DNA of 35,318 bases from a virus, in IMG/VR virus record IMGVR_UViG_3300009423_000003; one strand, given 5' to 3'. Of this stretch, positions 8,362-17,278 are shown piece by piece (the stretch's first letter is position 1; every line of letters starts with the position of its first letter). The translations under genes and the position numbers were made by a program. A model generated the notes under the pieces. It was not told the origin of the DNA and searched no databases. It was given only the letters and a program-made list of their open reading frames with translations.

Positions 8362-10529
8362 GTTTAAGCCCACACGCTGATTATACTACCTATACAAAGT
8401 CTAATTCTTTAAAAGAGAATTGGCTAGTACAGCTTTACTATGGAGATGAATCTAGTTTTACAGGATTAGCATTCAAAGATTGCGATGTTAGTAGTAATCA
8501 TTACTATGGCGCTGTTTTAAATAAGCCTACAATACGATCTTCTATAAACCTGTCTAGTTCAACTGCTAAAACTGCAAACGTAACACTAGAAGTAGCTAAT
8601 TTTGAGTTTCTTGGTGCAGACTTTAGTGCTGAACTTTTATCTGGAACAAGAACGTATATAAATCGCTCAATAAAAATATACTCACAACTAAAAGATGATA
8701 CTGACTTATCACACGCTAGTCAAATCTATGAAGGTAGGTTAATAAGCGTTAGTCACAATCATTCACAAGTTGTGCTAGGCGTAGAAGAGAAAAGACCCTG
8801 GGATTTTATTACTTTTCCACAGGCTAAAGCAGCGCAAAAGAATGTGTACATACCAGTTGTCTATGGTGACTACGCTGCTAACACAATAGGAGAAGAAGTA
8901 AGAGATATGGAAAAGTTTGTATTTCCAGCTCCTGTTTTACGAATCGGTGACACAAATATACTTGTGACTATGCCAAAGTCTGAAAGCAATATACTTCCAC
9001 ATTACTATGAACCAAACTTAGATGCCTTTATTCCTTTAGAGACTAGCGAATATACTAGTGCTACTCAAAGTAATATAAAATACGATTCTTCTGCTGACGT
9101 TGCCTTGATAAGTAAAACGCTAGAACGATCTTTTAAAACAGATCCTATATCTGTAGGCGCAACAGATGAAGCAGTAGCAAACACTTCTGATAATATTTTG
9201 TTATATAGCCATAGTGGTTTTGCGGCTATATCAAACACAAGAACCGCATTAGACACAGCAGGATCTTTTAGTTCTAAAAAAATTGAATACAGTTTTCCTG
9301 TAATTACTGGCAAAGTAACAGCTTTAAGTGCTGTAGTTAATGCTGATGTAAGTATAGCTGCTAATAATAGCACTAGCGGTAACTATGTCTCTTCATTGTC
9401 TTTATTGCGAGGTGGTAACTCCACACAAATTACAGAGTTTAATAACAACTCTTCAGGTTCAAGTCTGACTATACCGCTTAATGACGGAGATACATTTGAT
9501 TTTGATATTCTATCGGTAGCTTATACAAATAACGACAATCAACTGCAAACACCATTTGGTATTATGGGTACTGTTGATTTAGCTAGTGGTATACAGGCAA
9601 ACATAACTGCTCAACATCAGATAAATAAATTTCAATTATTTATGAAAGTCAAAAACAACTTTGATGACCCAGAAAGATCTGCAACTGAAAAAGACTTAGA
9701 AAAGCTAGAGTATATATACTTTGGACACGATGGCAATACAAATGATTTTTCTGGAGGTAGTGGAACTGCTGACTGTGGACTTGAAATACATAGAAGTCTT
9801 TTAGCTAGGTTTACAAATGTAGATGAAACACCGTATAACTATTCCTCTAATCTAGATATAGCAAGCGCAAGAATATCGACTGCTTGGAAAGGTAGGCTCT
9901 GGGCATTAGAGCCAGTAGAATTAAAAAAAGTTCTAGAGAGATTGCAGTATGAGTTTGGATTTATCTACAAATTTAGAGCGGATGGTACTGGTAGCTATTG
10001 GTATGTAAAAGATTCGTATGCTAGTGGCGATGTAGCTGCAACCTTAACCAAAGAAGATATTGCAAATATAAATGTAAGCAATACTCCATTCAGCGAGCTA
10101 CAGACAAAAATGATTATTAATTATCAAAAGCATCCTGCTAAAGAAAGTGAATATGGAGTTACACAAACATCAACAAACGCTGAAAGTACAGGTGCTAGAA
10201 CTGTCTATAATATTCAAAGTAAAGAAAATATAAGTAATATTAACTTAGATTACAATTACGATAAGCCTGGAAACACCGATCTTAGTGGTGGTGACCCCAA
10301 TGATGGGTTTGCAGATTATTATTATAATATCTTTGGGGATGTTAAAAAGATTGTTAGCTGTGATATTATTAACGCATCACTAGGATATATTTTAGAAACT
10401 GGTGACATAATAAAGTTTGACTCTATGCCTTTTAACCCATTTGGCAGTAATTGGAATGGGTACTATATGATTACAAGCCTAAATAGATCGCCTGGTAAAG
10501 TCAACATAATTTGTCGTGAAGTCGGCTAA
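8358..10529 (+). CDS. Tail tip / distal tail protein (Dit/Tal-like, by position)
   Basis: 723-aa ORF with a GTGA overlap onto the tape-measure stop. No motif was recognised. Confidence 0.5.
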   Translation: MSLSPHADYTTYTKSNSLKENWLVQLYYGDESSFTGLAFKDCDVSSNHYYGAVLNKPTIRSSINLSSSTAKTANVTLEVANFEFLGADFSAELLSGTRTYINRSIKIYSQLKDDTDLSHASQIYEGRLISVSHNHSQVVLGVEEKRPWDFITFPQAKAAQKNVYIPVVYGDYAANTIGEEVRDMEKFVFPAPVLRIGDTNILVTMPKSESNILPHYYEPNLDAFIPLETSEYTSATQSNIKYDSSADVALISKTLERSFKTDPISVGATDEAVANTSDNILLYSHSGFAAISNTRTALDTAGSFSSKKIEYSFPVITGKVTALSAVVNADVSIAANNSTSGNYVSSLSLLRGGNSTQITEFNNNSSGSSLTIPLNDGDTFDFDILSVAYTNNDNQLQTPFGIMGTVDLASGIQANITAQHQINKFQLFMKVKNNFDDPERSATEKDLEKLEYIYFGHDGNTNDFSGGSGTADCGLEIHRSLLARFTNVDETPYNYSSNLDIASARISTAWKGRLWALEPVELKKVLERLQYEFGFIYKFRADGTGSYWYVKDSYASGDVAATLTKEDIANINVSNTPFSELQTKMIINYQKHPAKESEYGVTQTSTNAESTGARTVYNIQSKENISNINLDYNYDKPGNTDLSGGDPNDGFADYYYNIFGDVKKIVSCDIINASLGYILETGDIIKFDSMPFNPFGSNWNGYYMITSLNRSPGKVNIICREVG

Positions 10530-10554
10530 ACCTATATAATTAAAGGGAATATAT

Positions 10555-11361
10555 ATGGCCAAATATTTTATCTATCCAAACGCAAATCTTTATTCAGCAG
10601 ACCCAGTAGGGGGCGATCGTACAGGTAGTACTAACAATTTTGCTGTTAGTGCAAATGTAACGAATGAAACAAGGCTTACTGATGTTTCTATAGCTACGGC
10701 TGCAAGTATACCTCAGTATGATGCAGTGCGCTTTGACATGGGCGGAACAATAACAGCTATTAATGCAGTTGCAATTTATGTCAATGCAGTAAATACTAAC
10801 GATGTGCATTTTTTTAATAGTAGTAGCGCTACAACAGGGGCTTTTGGAGCCTCATCAAATGATGACACCTTTATTACTGGAACAAGCTATACTGATTTTA
10901 CATCAGTAGGTTGGCAAGTTAAAATAGACCTTGCAAATACTACTGCTGGAAATGCTGCAACACAACGCTATTTTTATATGTATGGAAATATAGCAACCCA
11001 AAGCACAATTACTGAAGTTATGATTGGAAACAAACTTGACTTAACTAACGTAAAGCTAACAGGTGCTGAAGGTATAAACTACGGCAATGACCTAATGGTA
11101 AGTCATGGTGGCAATGAGTTCTCTAATCAAAGACATGGTGGTAAGAAGTTCTGGAACTTTAGCCTGGGTCATTGTAGCTCTACATATAAAGCAAGCCTAG
11201 AGGCAATGCGTGAGGCAGTCGATGGCGCACATTATAAGTTTTTATATTACGATGGATCTGCTTATAATTATGTGCGGATGAGTGGTGATAGCTTACGATT
11301 TAAAGAAATTGCATATGGGGTCTACGATACTACCATTAAACTTACAGAGCAGTTAAGCTAA
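10555..11361 (+). CDS. Tail-associated protein (possible baseplate or receptor-binding component)
   Basis: 268-aa ORF that is the last gene of the tail operon. Its stop overlaps the integrase stop convergently. Confidence 0.45.
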   Translation: MAKYFIYPNANLYSADPVGGDRTGSTNNFAVSANVTNETRLTDVSIATAASIPQYDAVRFDMGGTITAINAVAIYVNAVNTNDVHFFNSSSATTGAFGASSNDDTFITGTSYTDFTSVGWQVKIDLANTTAGNAATQRYFYMYGNIATQSTITEVMIGNKLDLTNVKLTGAEGINYGNDLMVSHGGNEFSNQRHGGKKFWNFSLGHCSSTYKASLEAMREAVDGAHYKFLYYDGSAYNYVRMSGDSLRFKEIAYGVYDTTIKLTEQLS

Positions 11362-12455
11362 CTATAAAAAGAATTAACGATCATCTCTGATGATTTCTTC
11401 TTATCATCCCTAATCCAATCTGCATAAGCGTTCTCAGTATCTTTTACATTTGCATGGCCTAGATGCTCTTTGACCGCATAGATATTCCCTGATTCCCTTA
11501 ATAATATAGTTGCAGAAGTATCTCTCAGGTCATGGGGTGTGAATATAACACCAGATATCTTACTCGCTACAGTTATTCTACTGCGAATGCGTGTCTGGCT
11601 GATAGGTATAGGATATACATCAGCTTCATCGTGTGTCAGTTTAAAATAATCATTAATCTTTTTCAACAGCCTTTGATGATGGTCTTTAAGAAATGGTATC
11701 TCAAGCGGTTCATCAAACTCGCGCTTATGCCCTTTGTTTTTTATATAAGCCACTTCGCCCTCAACATCTATTTGTTCCCAGGTAAAGTCAGGCCTACATA
11801 ATTCACTTATGCGACATCCAGTTAATATATACAGCTCAATAATATTTTTAGTGATAGGACAGATATCTGGATGGTTAAATATAGAGTCTAATTGATGCTG
11901 TTTTAAGGCGTTCTTTTTACTCTTTATAGTCTTAGGTAGCTTAATTGGTTTTGCGTTGATTGTACCCCTAATTTTGCCCTCAGAAACCTGTTCCCTGGCC
12001 CAGTTTCCTATATGATTTAAGCATCGGAGTGCAGTAATGCCAGAGTTCTTCTTATCTGGGTTTCCGTAACGCTTGTAATAGAACTCATAATCTATTTTGC
12101 TAAAGTGTAAATCACTACCTAAATCATCTTCTAGCTTTTTCATTAAAGACGTGTAGCGCTTTACAGTTTTAGTCGCATACTGCTTATACGGTATAGCGTT
12201 AACAGTAAATGCCTTGAACACCATACCTATAGTAAGCTCTGGTACAGTAATGTTAACAGAATTTATCTTACCGTTAAGCTTACTGTTAATCCTGTCTCTT
12301 TCCTCTACTAATAAAGCATCATTATAGATAACATTAGCCTGGACTTTGTTATTAATTGTTATAGATCTATAGGGATTCTTATATAAATCCCTGTATCCCT
12401 CTGGGATATACTTAATTAAGTATTTATTGCTCTCTAATCTAGTAATTGTTGCCAT
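11358..12455 (-). CDS. int: Tyrosine recombinase / integrase
   Basis: Catalytic signature TGCRISEL (Arg I), HDLRDT (His-x-x-Arg) and LGHANVKDTENAY (His...Tyr). 365 aa. Confidence 0.9.
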   Translation of the reverse strand: MATITRLESNKYLIKYIPEGYRDLYKNPYRSITINNKVQANVIYNDALLVEERDRINSKLNGKINSVNITVPELTIGMVFKAFTVNAIPYKQYATKTVKRYTSLMKKLEDDLGSDLHFSKIDYEFYYKRYGNPDKKNSGITALRCLNHIGNWAREQVSEGKIRGTINAKPIKLPKTIKSKKNALKQHQLDSIFNHPDICPITKNIIELYILTGCRISELCRPDFTWEQIDVEGEVAYIKNKGHKREFDEPLEIPFLKDHHQRLLKKINDYFKLTHDEADVYPIPISQTRIRSRITVASKISGVIFTPHDLRDTSATILLRESGNIYAVKEHLGHANVKDTENAYADWIRDDKKKSSEMIVNSFYS

Positions 12456-12540
12456 ACTGGTTAAATCCTTTCGTCTTACAGAATAAAAAGTAATAATACA
12501 TATTACATTTATGCAAGGTATATTTTTGTAAAAAAACCCT

Positions 12541-12569
12541 TTGCATTTATATAGTAATTGTAATAAAAT
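12541..12569 (+). promoter_or_regulatory. Sigma70-type promoter candidate (TTGCAT-17 nt-TAAAAT)
   Basis: -35 at 12541-12546, a 17-nt spacer and -10 at 12564-12569, counted by hand. This argues that the GTG at 12570 is not the start. Confidence 0.5.
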
Positions 12570-12596
12570 GTGAAACCAAAACAGGGATATATATTA

Positions 12597-12836
12597 ATGG
12601 GAAGACCTAAAATAAACACACCAATCCAACCTCAACTAAAAATTAATGAAGTTTTAAAGAGGCCGAATGTACAGCGGACATTATATTGGTTGTCTAAGCA
12701 AACCGACATCAATCACACGTTATTACATCAGATTGTAAATGGAAAGCGTAGATTGCAGGACTACCAAGCTGATAAGATTTTTCACACACTACAAAGATTT
12801 AATATAGACGTAACACGCGAAGAGGTCTTTATTTGA
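12597..12836 (+). CDS. XRE/Cro-like HTH DNA-binding protein (regulator or excisionase candidate)
   Basis: HTH-like segment TLYWLSKQTDINHTLLHQIVNGKRRL. The start was moved to ATG 12597 (MGRPKIN...), downstream of the predicted promoter, with SD cAGGGA. Confidence 0.55.
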   Translation: MGRPKINTPIQPQLKINEVLKRPNVQRTLYWLSKQTDINHTLLHQIVNGKRRLQDYQADKIFHTLQRFNIDVTREEVFI

Positions 12837-12885
12837 TCTGTAGCAAATTAGATTATAACTTATAAAATGAGGTACTCCACATACC

Positions 12886-13110
12886 ATGAGTCAAGTCAAG
12901 CTAATCAAGAATAATAGTTTTAGTAAAAAAGAATTTCTTTCCTACATAGGGTCATTAGGGGCAACCTTTCGTCATACAAGGCCTTCTGACCCTATGTCAT
13001 CTGATGCATTCGACATCTACACACAATCAGAAATACATAAATATCACATTATTACCGAAGTATGTAGAAAACTTGATACAATGAACATAAAATATGAGGT
13101 AATAGATTGA
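12886..13110 (+). CDS. Hypothetical protein
   Basis: ORF track only. Confidence 0.45.
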   Translation: MSQVKLIKNNSFSKKEFLSYIGSLGATFRHTRPSDPMSSDAFDIYTQSEIHKYHIITEVCRKLDTMNIKYEVID

Positions 13111-13201
13111 AGCATTTATTGTGGTATTTAAGAGAGTATTGCATAGAAATTATAATTTTAACAATGCTAATAGCAGTTTTAATTAACAATAGGAGTATAA
13201 T

Positions 13202-13729
13202 ATGGCCGTAAATAAAAAAACAGGTACAATGAAAAACCCTGTAAAGATGGGCGCACAAATGATTAAAGGTTTAAAGGTTAAGTGGTCACACTTAGCAAAG
13301 CCTGATCTAGAGTATAACTCTGGACATAGTGTTACCGTAGAAATGAACGATGAACTAAAAAAACTGCATAAAGAAATGCAGGCACAGACTGGCGTTAAAC
13401 ATATAAATGGCTTAAGTGAATACGAAGGAGTAGAAACTGCTAAGTTTTCTACAAAAGTATATGTAAACGAAGGTGTTGAAAAGTTCCCTAGTATTTTTGA
13501 TACAGATGGTCAAAAGACAATGGATATACCTTTTGGTGGTGACGTAGTGAATCTTGTGTTTAAACCTAGAGAATGGGATAAGCCTAAGAAATCAATTAGT
13601 TGCTATTTACAAGAAATACAGGTGGTTGAAAAGAACGGTGGTGAGTCAGTTACATTTGCAAAGGTACAAGATAAGTCTAATGAGGTCACGTTTAGTGAAC
13701 AAAAAGATGAAGAAGCTCTACCGTTCTAA
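13202..13729 (+). CDS. ssDNA-binding protein (T7 gp2.5-like / DUF2815-like) with an acidic C-terminal tail
   Basis: SD taggagtataatATG. The C-terminus ...SEQKDEEALPF resembles the acidic SSB tail that ends in an aromatic residue (E. coli SSB DDDIPF, T7 gp2.5 ...DF). It sits in the replication/recombination module. Confidence 0.6.
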   Translation: MAVNKKTGTMKNPVKMGAQMIKGLKVKWSHLAKPDLEYNSGHSVTVEMNDELKKLHKEMQAQTGVKHINGLSEYEGVETAKFSTKVYVNEGVEKFPSIFDTDGQKTMDIPFGGDVVNLVFKPREWDKPKKSISCYLQEIQVVEKNGGESVTFAKVQDKSNEVTFSEQKDEEALPF

Positions 13730-14087
13730 ATTAGACGGTAAAGATAAGTTACATATTCAAAAACTACAACAGAAGTGGGATGAAGAAGTGAATAGTAAAG
13801 CAAAAGGTACAGGGTACGAGAACGAACTTGTAAAGAAGCTACAGGATGCTGGCTTTAAGAATGTTAAAAGAGCCTGGGGGTCGGATGGGCGTAGCTTTGG
13901 GGAAGCGCCTGATGTCGATATCAAAGCGGATGATATTTTAGTGCAAGCTAAAAGACGTAAGTCGATCCCTAAATGGCTCTCTTTAGGTAATTGTGATGCG
14001 GTCATGTTTCGAGAAGACAGGGGTATCACATTTGTATGTATGACTTTTGATGATTGGGTAGAATGTTTGAAAAATGTCCGCTTGTAG
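13707..14087 (+). CDS. Hjc/PD-(D/E)XK-type Holliday junction resolvase-like nuclease
   Basis: GTGYENELVKKLQDAGFKNVKRAWGS...PDVDIKADDILVQAKRRK fits the Hjc-like layout (G..E..L...L...G..V.R...S...D....(E/Q).K). The start was trimmed to ATG 13707. The longer track ORF overlaps the SSB gene. Confidence 0.55.
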   Translation: MKKLYRSKLDGKDKLHIQKLQQKWDEEVNSKAKGTGYENELVKKLQDAGFKNVKRAWGSDGRSFGEAPDVDIKADDILVQAKRRKSIPKWLSLGNCDAVMFREDRGITFVCMTFDDWVECLKNVRL

Positions 14088-14227
14088 AAAACAGACAATG
14101 TGCTTATGCAGGATATGATAAAGAGCGAAGATTACGCTGTGGTTTTGCCACACATCCAAATTTGGTTTCGGATTTAAAGGTATGTGGTCTGAAACTAAAG
14201 AAGGCGAGAAAGAGAAAAAGACGATAA
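14063..14227 (+). CDS. Possible 54-aa Cys-containing basic protein (MFEKCPLVENRQCAYAGYDKERRLRCGFATHPNLVSDLKVCGLKLKKARKRKRR)
   Basis: Translated by hand in frame 2. It overlaps both neighbours, so it is weakly supported. Confidence 0.25.
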   Translation: MFEKCPLVENRQCAYAGYDKERRLRCGFATHPNLVSDLKVCGLKLKKARKRKRR

Positions 14228-14451
14228 ACTTAGTTTGGCAAAAACTGGTTGACTTTCTCGCCTATGTTTTAACAGAAGTGTGCGATACGATCCTTTCGTT
14301 CTTACCTCGAGCAACACATAGCAAAAATGTGTCGCGCACTTCTAATAAATGTCAACATGAAAAGCTTATCCATCTATTCGATGGTTACGACTATCGAACG
14401 GATATATGGGAATGTGAAAGTTGCGGAATAGATATACAAGAGGAGTTTTAA
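14182..14451 (+). CDS. Hypothetical protein with a C-terminal zinc-ribbon-like motif
   Basis: KCQHEKL...WECESCG (C-x-H ... C-x-x-C). Confidence 0.45.
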   Translation: MWSETKEGEKEKKTINLVWQKLVDFLAYVLTEVCDTILSFLPRATHSKNVSRTSNKCQHEKLIHLFDGYDYRTDIWECESCGIDIQEEF

Positions 14452-14590
14452 CTAATGATGATTAAATGGTTTTTTATATATCTATATCGTTACTTCAAAG
14501 ACGGTCGCAGCGATAAGCAAAAAGAGAACGTGGATTGGCTTTTAAGGGTTAACGGAAATAAAACATTATTAAGAATATGGAGATATTTAA

Positions 14591-14953
14591 ATGGCTGATA
14601 AAACATTAGAAAAAATTAAGATTACGGAAAAGATGGAAAATGAATATCCTGTAATGACAAAAAGATTTAAACAGCTACAGCGAGAGCAGTACGAATTGTT
14701 CTGTAGAAAACAGCACGATTACGGTAGTGGTAATATTTCTGTAGGTACGAACCTGGAAACAGCAGAAGAAGTGCATATGTCACTATCTGGTATATGGTTT
14801 CGTATGAACGATAAAATAGAACGAGCAAAGAACCTTATTATGCGGAAGGGTAGTTCTGCCGTTGAAGATGAGCCTTTAGAAGATGCGTTCTTAGATTTAA
14901 GCAATTATGGTATTATGGCCACACTTGTAAAAGAACAAATCTGGGGGAGATAA
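14591..14953 (+). CDS. DUF1599-like all-alpha (MazG-like fold) protein
   Basis: Motifs KQHDYGSGN, RMNDKIERAKN and DAFLDLSNYG match my recollection of the DUF1599 family pattern (K..DYG, R..DK..R, D..D..NY). Confidence 0.55.
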   Translation: MADKTLEKIKITEKMENEYPVMTKRFKQLQREQYELFCRKQHDYGSGNISVGTNLETAEEVHMSLSGIWFRMNDKIERAKNLIMRKGSSAVEDEPLEDAFLDLSNYGIMATLVKEQIWGR

Positions 14954-15357
14954 TGTGGAGAAAATTCAACCCTAAAAAACGCGGAAACTTTACTGGTATA
15001 TATGCTTTATACCAAGACCATAATCTTGTATACATTGGTTACACAACAAATGTCTACAGTCGATTAAGAAAGCACGAGATAAGTTATGACCTGGCAAAAT
15101 ATAAACAGGTTGATGACCACAATATAGCGAAAGCTCTGGAAGAAAAACTTATTAAGAGGCTTACTCCAACTTTTAACAAAGATTTTATAAAGCCTGATGT
15201 AGAAACAAAGGCATTTTCCTGTCAATTAGAGCTTGACGTATGGAAAGCATTAAAGATTAAACACGCGATCAAAGACAAACCTGTTGCGGACATTGTGAAT
15301 GAGGCATTGCGTGAACAACTAAAAAGGTGGGTGGAAATTGGAAACCAAGCTAGTTAG
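14953..15357 (+). CDS. GIY-YIG nuclease with a C-terminal ribbon-helix-helix-like domain
   Basis: GIYALYQDHNLVYIGYTTNVYSRLRKHE contains GIY, a 9-aa spacer, YIG and a conserved Arg. The C-terminus FSCQLELDVWKALKIKHAIKDKPVADIVNEALREQL looks like an RHH domain. Confidence 0.8.
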   Translation: MWRKFNPKKRGNFTGIYALYQDHNLVYIGYTTNVYSRLRKHEISYDLAKYKQVDDHNIAKALEEKLIKRLTPTFNKDFIKPDVETKAFSCQLELDVWKALKIKHAIKDKPVADIVNEALREQLKRWVEIGNQAS

Positions 15358-15461
15358 ATACTATCAAGTTATAGAGGTCTATAAGAAATTAATTAAAAGA
15401 AAAACAGAAGAAGGAAAGGATAGTATGCGACTTAAAAAACGGTTGCTTGCTATAATGGTAC

Positions 15462-16109
15462 ATGGCAAAAACAAAAGCACATACAGCGTATAAGTTAAAA
15501 GACGGCTCTAGGGCAAAAGGGGTTACAACCATTCTAAATAACTTAGGGTGGAATAAGAATATACTAGTGGCCTGGGCCAGGAGAACTGCACTAGCAGGAG
15601 AAGACCCAGAGGCAGTATTAAAAGAGGCAGGCACGATCGGTACATTGGCGCATTATTTATGCGAAAGTCATATTAAAGGTGAAAAGCCTGAGATGTCTGA
15701 TTATTCTGCGGAGCAAATAGAAAAAGCTGAGAATGCTTTTTTAGGATACCTTGAGTGGGAGAAGATGACTAAGCCAAAGTATGAAGCGATTGAGCTTAAG
15801 ATGGTATCGGAAAAGTATAGAGTAGGTGGTACTGCGGACTTTATAGCCAGGATAAATGGCACATTGGTTTTGGGAGATTTTAAGACGAGCAAGGGTATCT
15901 ATCCAGAAATGACGGCTCAACTCGCAGCCTATCGGAAGATGTACCTGGAATTACAGCCTAAAGCGAAGATTGAGTCGGCTATGATACTCAAGCTTGATAA
16001 GAACTCTGGTGCATTCTCGCATCACTTTGTAGGGAAATCACAGCTTGACTGGGGATGGAGAGTGTTTAAGTGTTGTATGGAGCTTGATAAATTACAGAAG
16101 GAGATATAG
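15462..16109 (+). CDS. RecB/Cas4-like PD-(D/E)XK exonuclease
   Basis: GTLAHYLCE, GGTADFIARINGTLVLGDFKTSK (D...D-x-K) and QLAAYRKM (the QxxxY motif typical of the RecB nuclease family). Confidence 0.75.
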   Translation: MAKTKAHTAYKLKDGSRAKGVTTILNNLGWNKNILVAWARRTALAGEDPEAVLKEAGTIGTLAHYLCESHIKGEKPEMSDYSAEQIEKAENAFLGYLEWEKMTKPKYEAIELKMVSEKYRVGGTADFIARINGTLVLGDFKTSKGIYPEMTAQLAAYRKMYLELQPKAKIESAMILKLDKNSGAFSHHFVGKSQLDWGWRVFKCCMELDKLQKEI

Positions 16110-16642
16110 TGAAAGAAAAAAGATACATTACTTTAAATAAGCAGTTAAAAAACTGGAAAACTAAAAACTCATATCACGATATTTTAAAATTTCAAATGAT
16201 TTACAGAAATAAAAGCGCTCACATAACTCAAGAAACACATGATTTAAAAATAGAATCTGCACTTAAAGTTTATAATGATTTTCCTGGGGTTAGGTTTTAT
16301 GGCTTTCATAATTCCGCAAAAGAATTTGGAGTTAAAAACTACTATTTTGATGCAGAAGATTATGATAGTGACTGTGGTATTCCTGATGGGTATTTGTTTT
16401 CAGAGGATTATGGTATATTTATAATTGAGATAGAAAATACATCAAGAGTAACTAAAGAAAGATTACAAAACTATTCTTGGTGGTGGACTAAGTTTGATAA
16501 TATTGATTATACGCCTATATATATAATGGAGTTTAATAGGTTTGGCGTATATCAGCGAGATCTTTTAAGAGAGTCTGGTTTTGATAGGCCTTCTGATGAG
16601 ATATTAAGAGAAGCTTGCGATAGATTGAAGAAGGAAATATAA
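16109..16642 (+). CDS. Hypothetical protein with a possible PD-(D/E)XK-like core (PDGYLF...IFIIEIENTS)
   Basis: GTG start overlapping the upstream stop. It is translationally chained to the micro-ORF and the methyltransferase downstream. The nuclease assignment is speculative. Confidence 0.5.
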   Translation: MKEKRYITLNKQLKNWKTKNSYHDILKFQMIYRNKSAHITQETHDLKIESALKVYNDFPGVRFYGFHNSAKEFGVKNYYFDAEDYDSDCGIPDGYLFSEDYGIFIIEIENTSRVTKERLQNYSWWWTKFDNIDYTPIYIMEFNRFGVYQRDLLRESGFDRPSDEILREACDRLKKEI

Positions 16643-16731
16643 TGAAAGACGAGAGCACTTGCTGTAATGCACCTATAATTTTGACTGACATATGCTCAGA
16701 TTGTAAAGAGCATTGTGATAAGGAGAACTAA
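16642..16731 (+). CDS. 29-aa Cys-rich micro-ORF (MKDESTCCNAPIILTDICSDCKEHCDKEN)
   Basis: Translated by hand. ATAATG overlap with the upstream stop. Its TAA shares bases with the ATG at 16731. It contains 5 Cys. Confidence 0.3.
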   Translation: MKDESTCCNAPIILTDICSDCKEHCDKEN

Positions 16732-17278
16732 TGTGGATCATACCCAAGAACTTACCCACCTATCTCTATGTACAGGATACGAAGGGATTGGTAGAGGACT
16801 CAGAAGAATTTTTCCAAATGTCAGAGAAATCGCTTATGTGGAGATCGAAGCCTTCGCAATCGCAAACTTGGTCGCGAAGATGGAAGAGGATGTCATACAT
16901 CCGACACCTGTCTATACGGACCTTAAAACTTTCCCATTCGCAGAGTTTCGTGGAGTCGTGGACTTCCTTAGTGCAGGATTTCCATGTCAACCTTTCTCTG
17001 CCGCTGGTCGCAGAGCTTCCACAGAAGATCCTCGACATTTATATCCCTACATCGCTAGAGGAATCACAGAGTGCAGACCAACTTATGTTATTCTTGAAAA
17101 TGTCGAAGGGATTATCAGTAGTAAAACAGCCGATGGCGAGTCGGTACTCAAGTATGTCCTCGGAGATTTGGAAGAAAGAGGTTATAAAACAGCGTGGACT
17201 TTGGTCTCAGCGAGTGAAGTTGGCGCTCCACACCAGCGGAAGAGAGTTTTTATCTTGGCCCACAGCGAGACTAAGTGA
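16715..17278 (+). CDS. DNA (cytosine-5) methyltransferase, N-terminal catalytic half (motifs I-VIII, frame 2)
   Basis: Motif I LSLCTGYEGIG, motif IV GFPCQPFS (16979-17002), motif VI ENV (17096-17104) and motif VIII QRKRVFILAH. The start is probably GTG 16733, downstream of AAGGAG. The ORF stops at TGA 17276-17278 with no TRD or motifs IX-X. Confidence 0.9.
   Translation: MIRRTNVDHTQELTHLSLCTGYEGIGRGLRRIFPNVREIAYVEIEAFAIANLVAKMEEDVIHPTPVYTDLKTFPFAEFRGVVDFLSAGFPCQPFSAAGRRASTEDPRHLYPYIARGITECRPTYVILENVEGIISSKTADGESVLKYVLGDLEERGYKTAWTLVSASEVGAPHQRKRVFILAHSETK

Noticed and set aside
13554-13706. 5' extension of the resolvase-like ORF overlapping the SSB gene
   Set aside because: The extension overlaps 176 nt of a better-supported gene in another frame. 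An internal ATG at 13707 gives a 126-aa product of the size typical for Hjc-like resolvases.
16731-17255. N-terminal 175 codons of the 388-aa frame-3 ORF overlapping the methyltransferase catalytic half (possible overprinted gene)
   Set aside because: The translated sequence has no recognisable motif, whereas frame 2 has textbook MTase motifs. The region is generally poor in stops: several frames and both strands are open here (16766..17038 minus, 17367..17760 minus, 17389..17667 plus). That points to a compositional effect. Only the part from about 17256 onward looks like real coding sequence.
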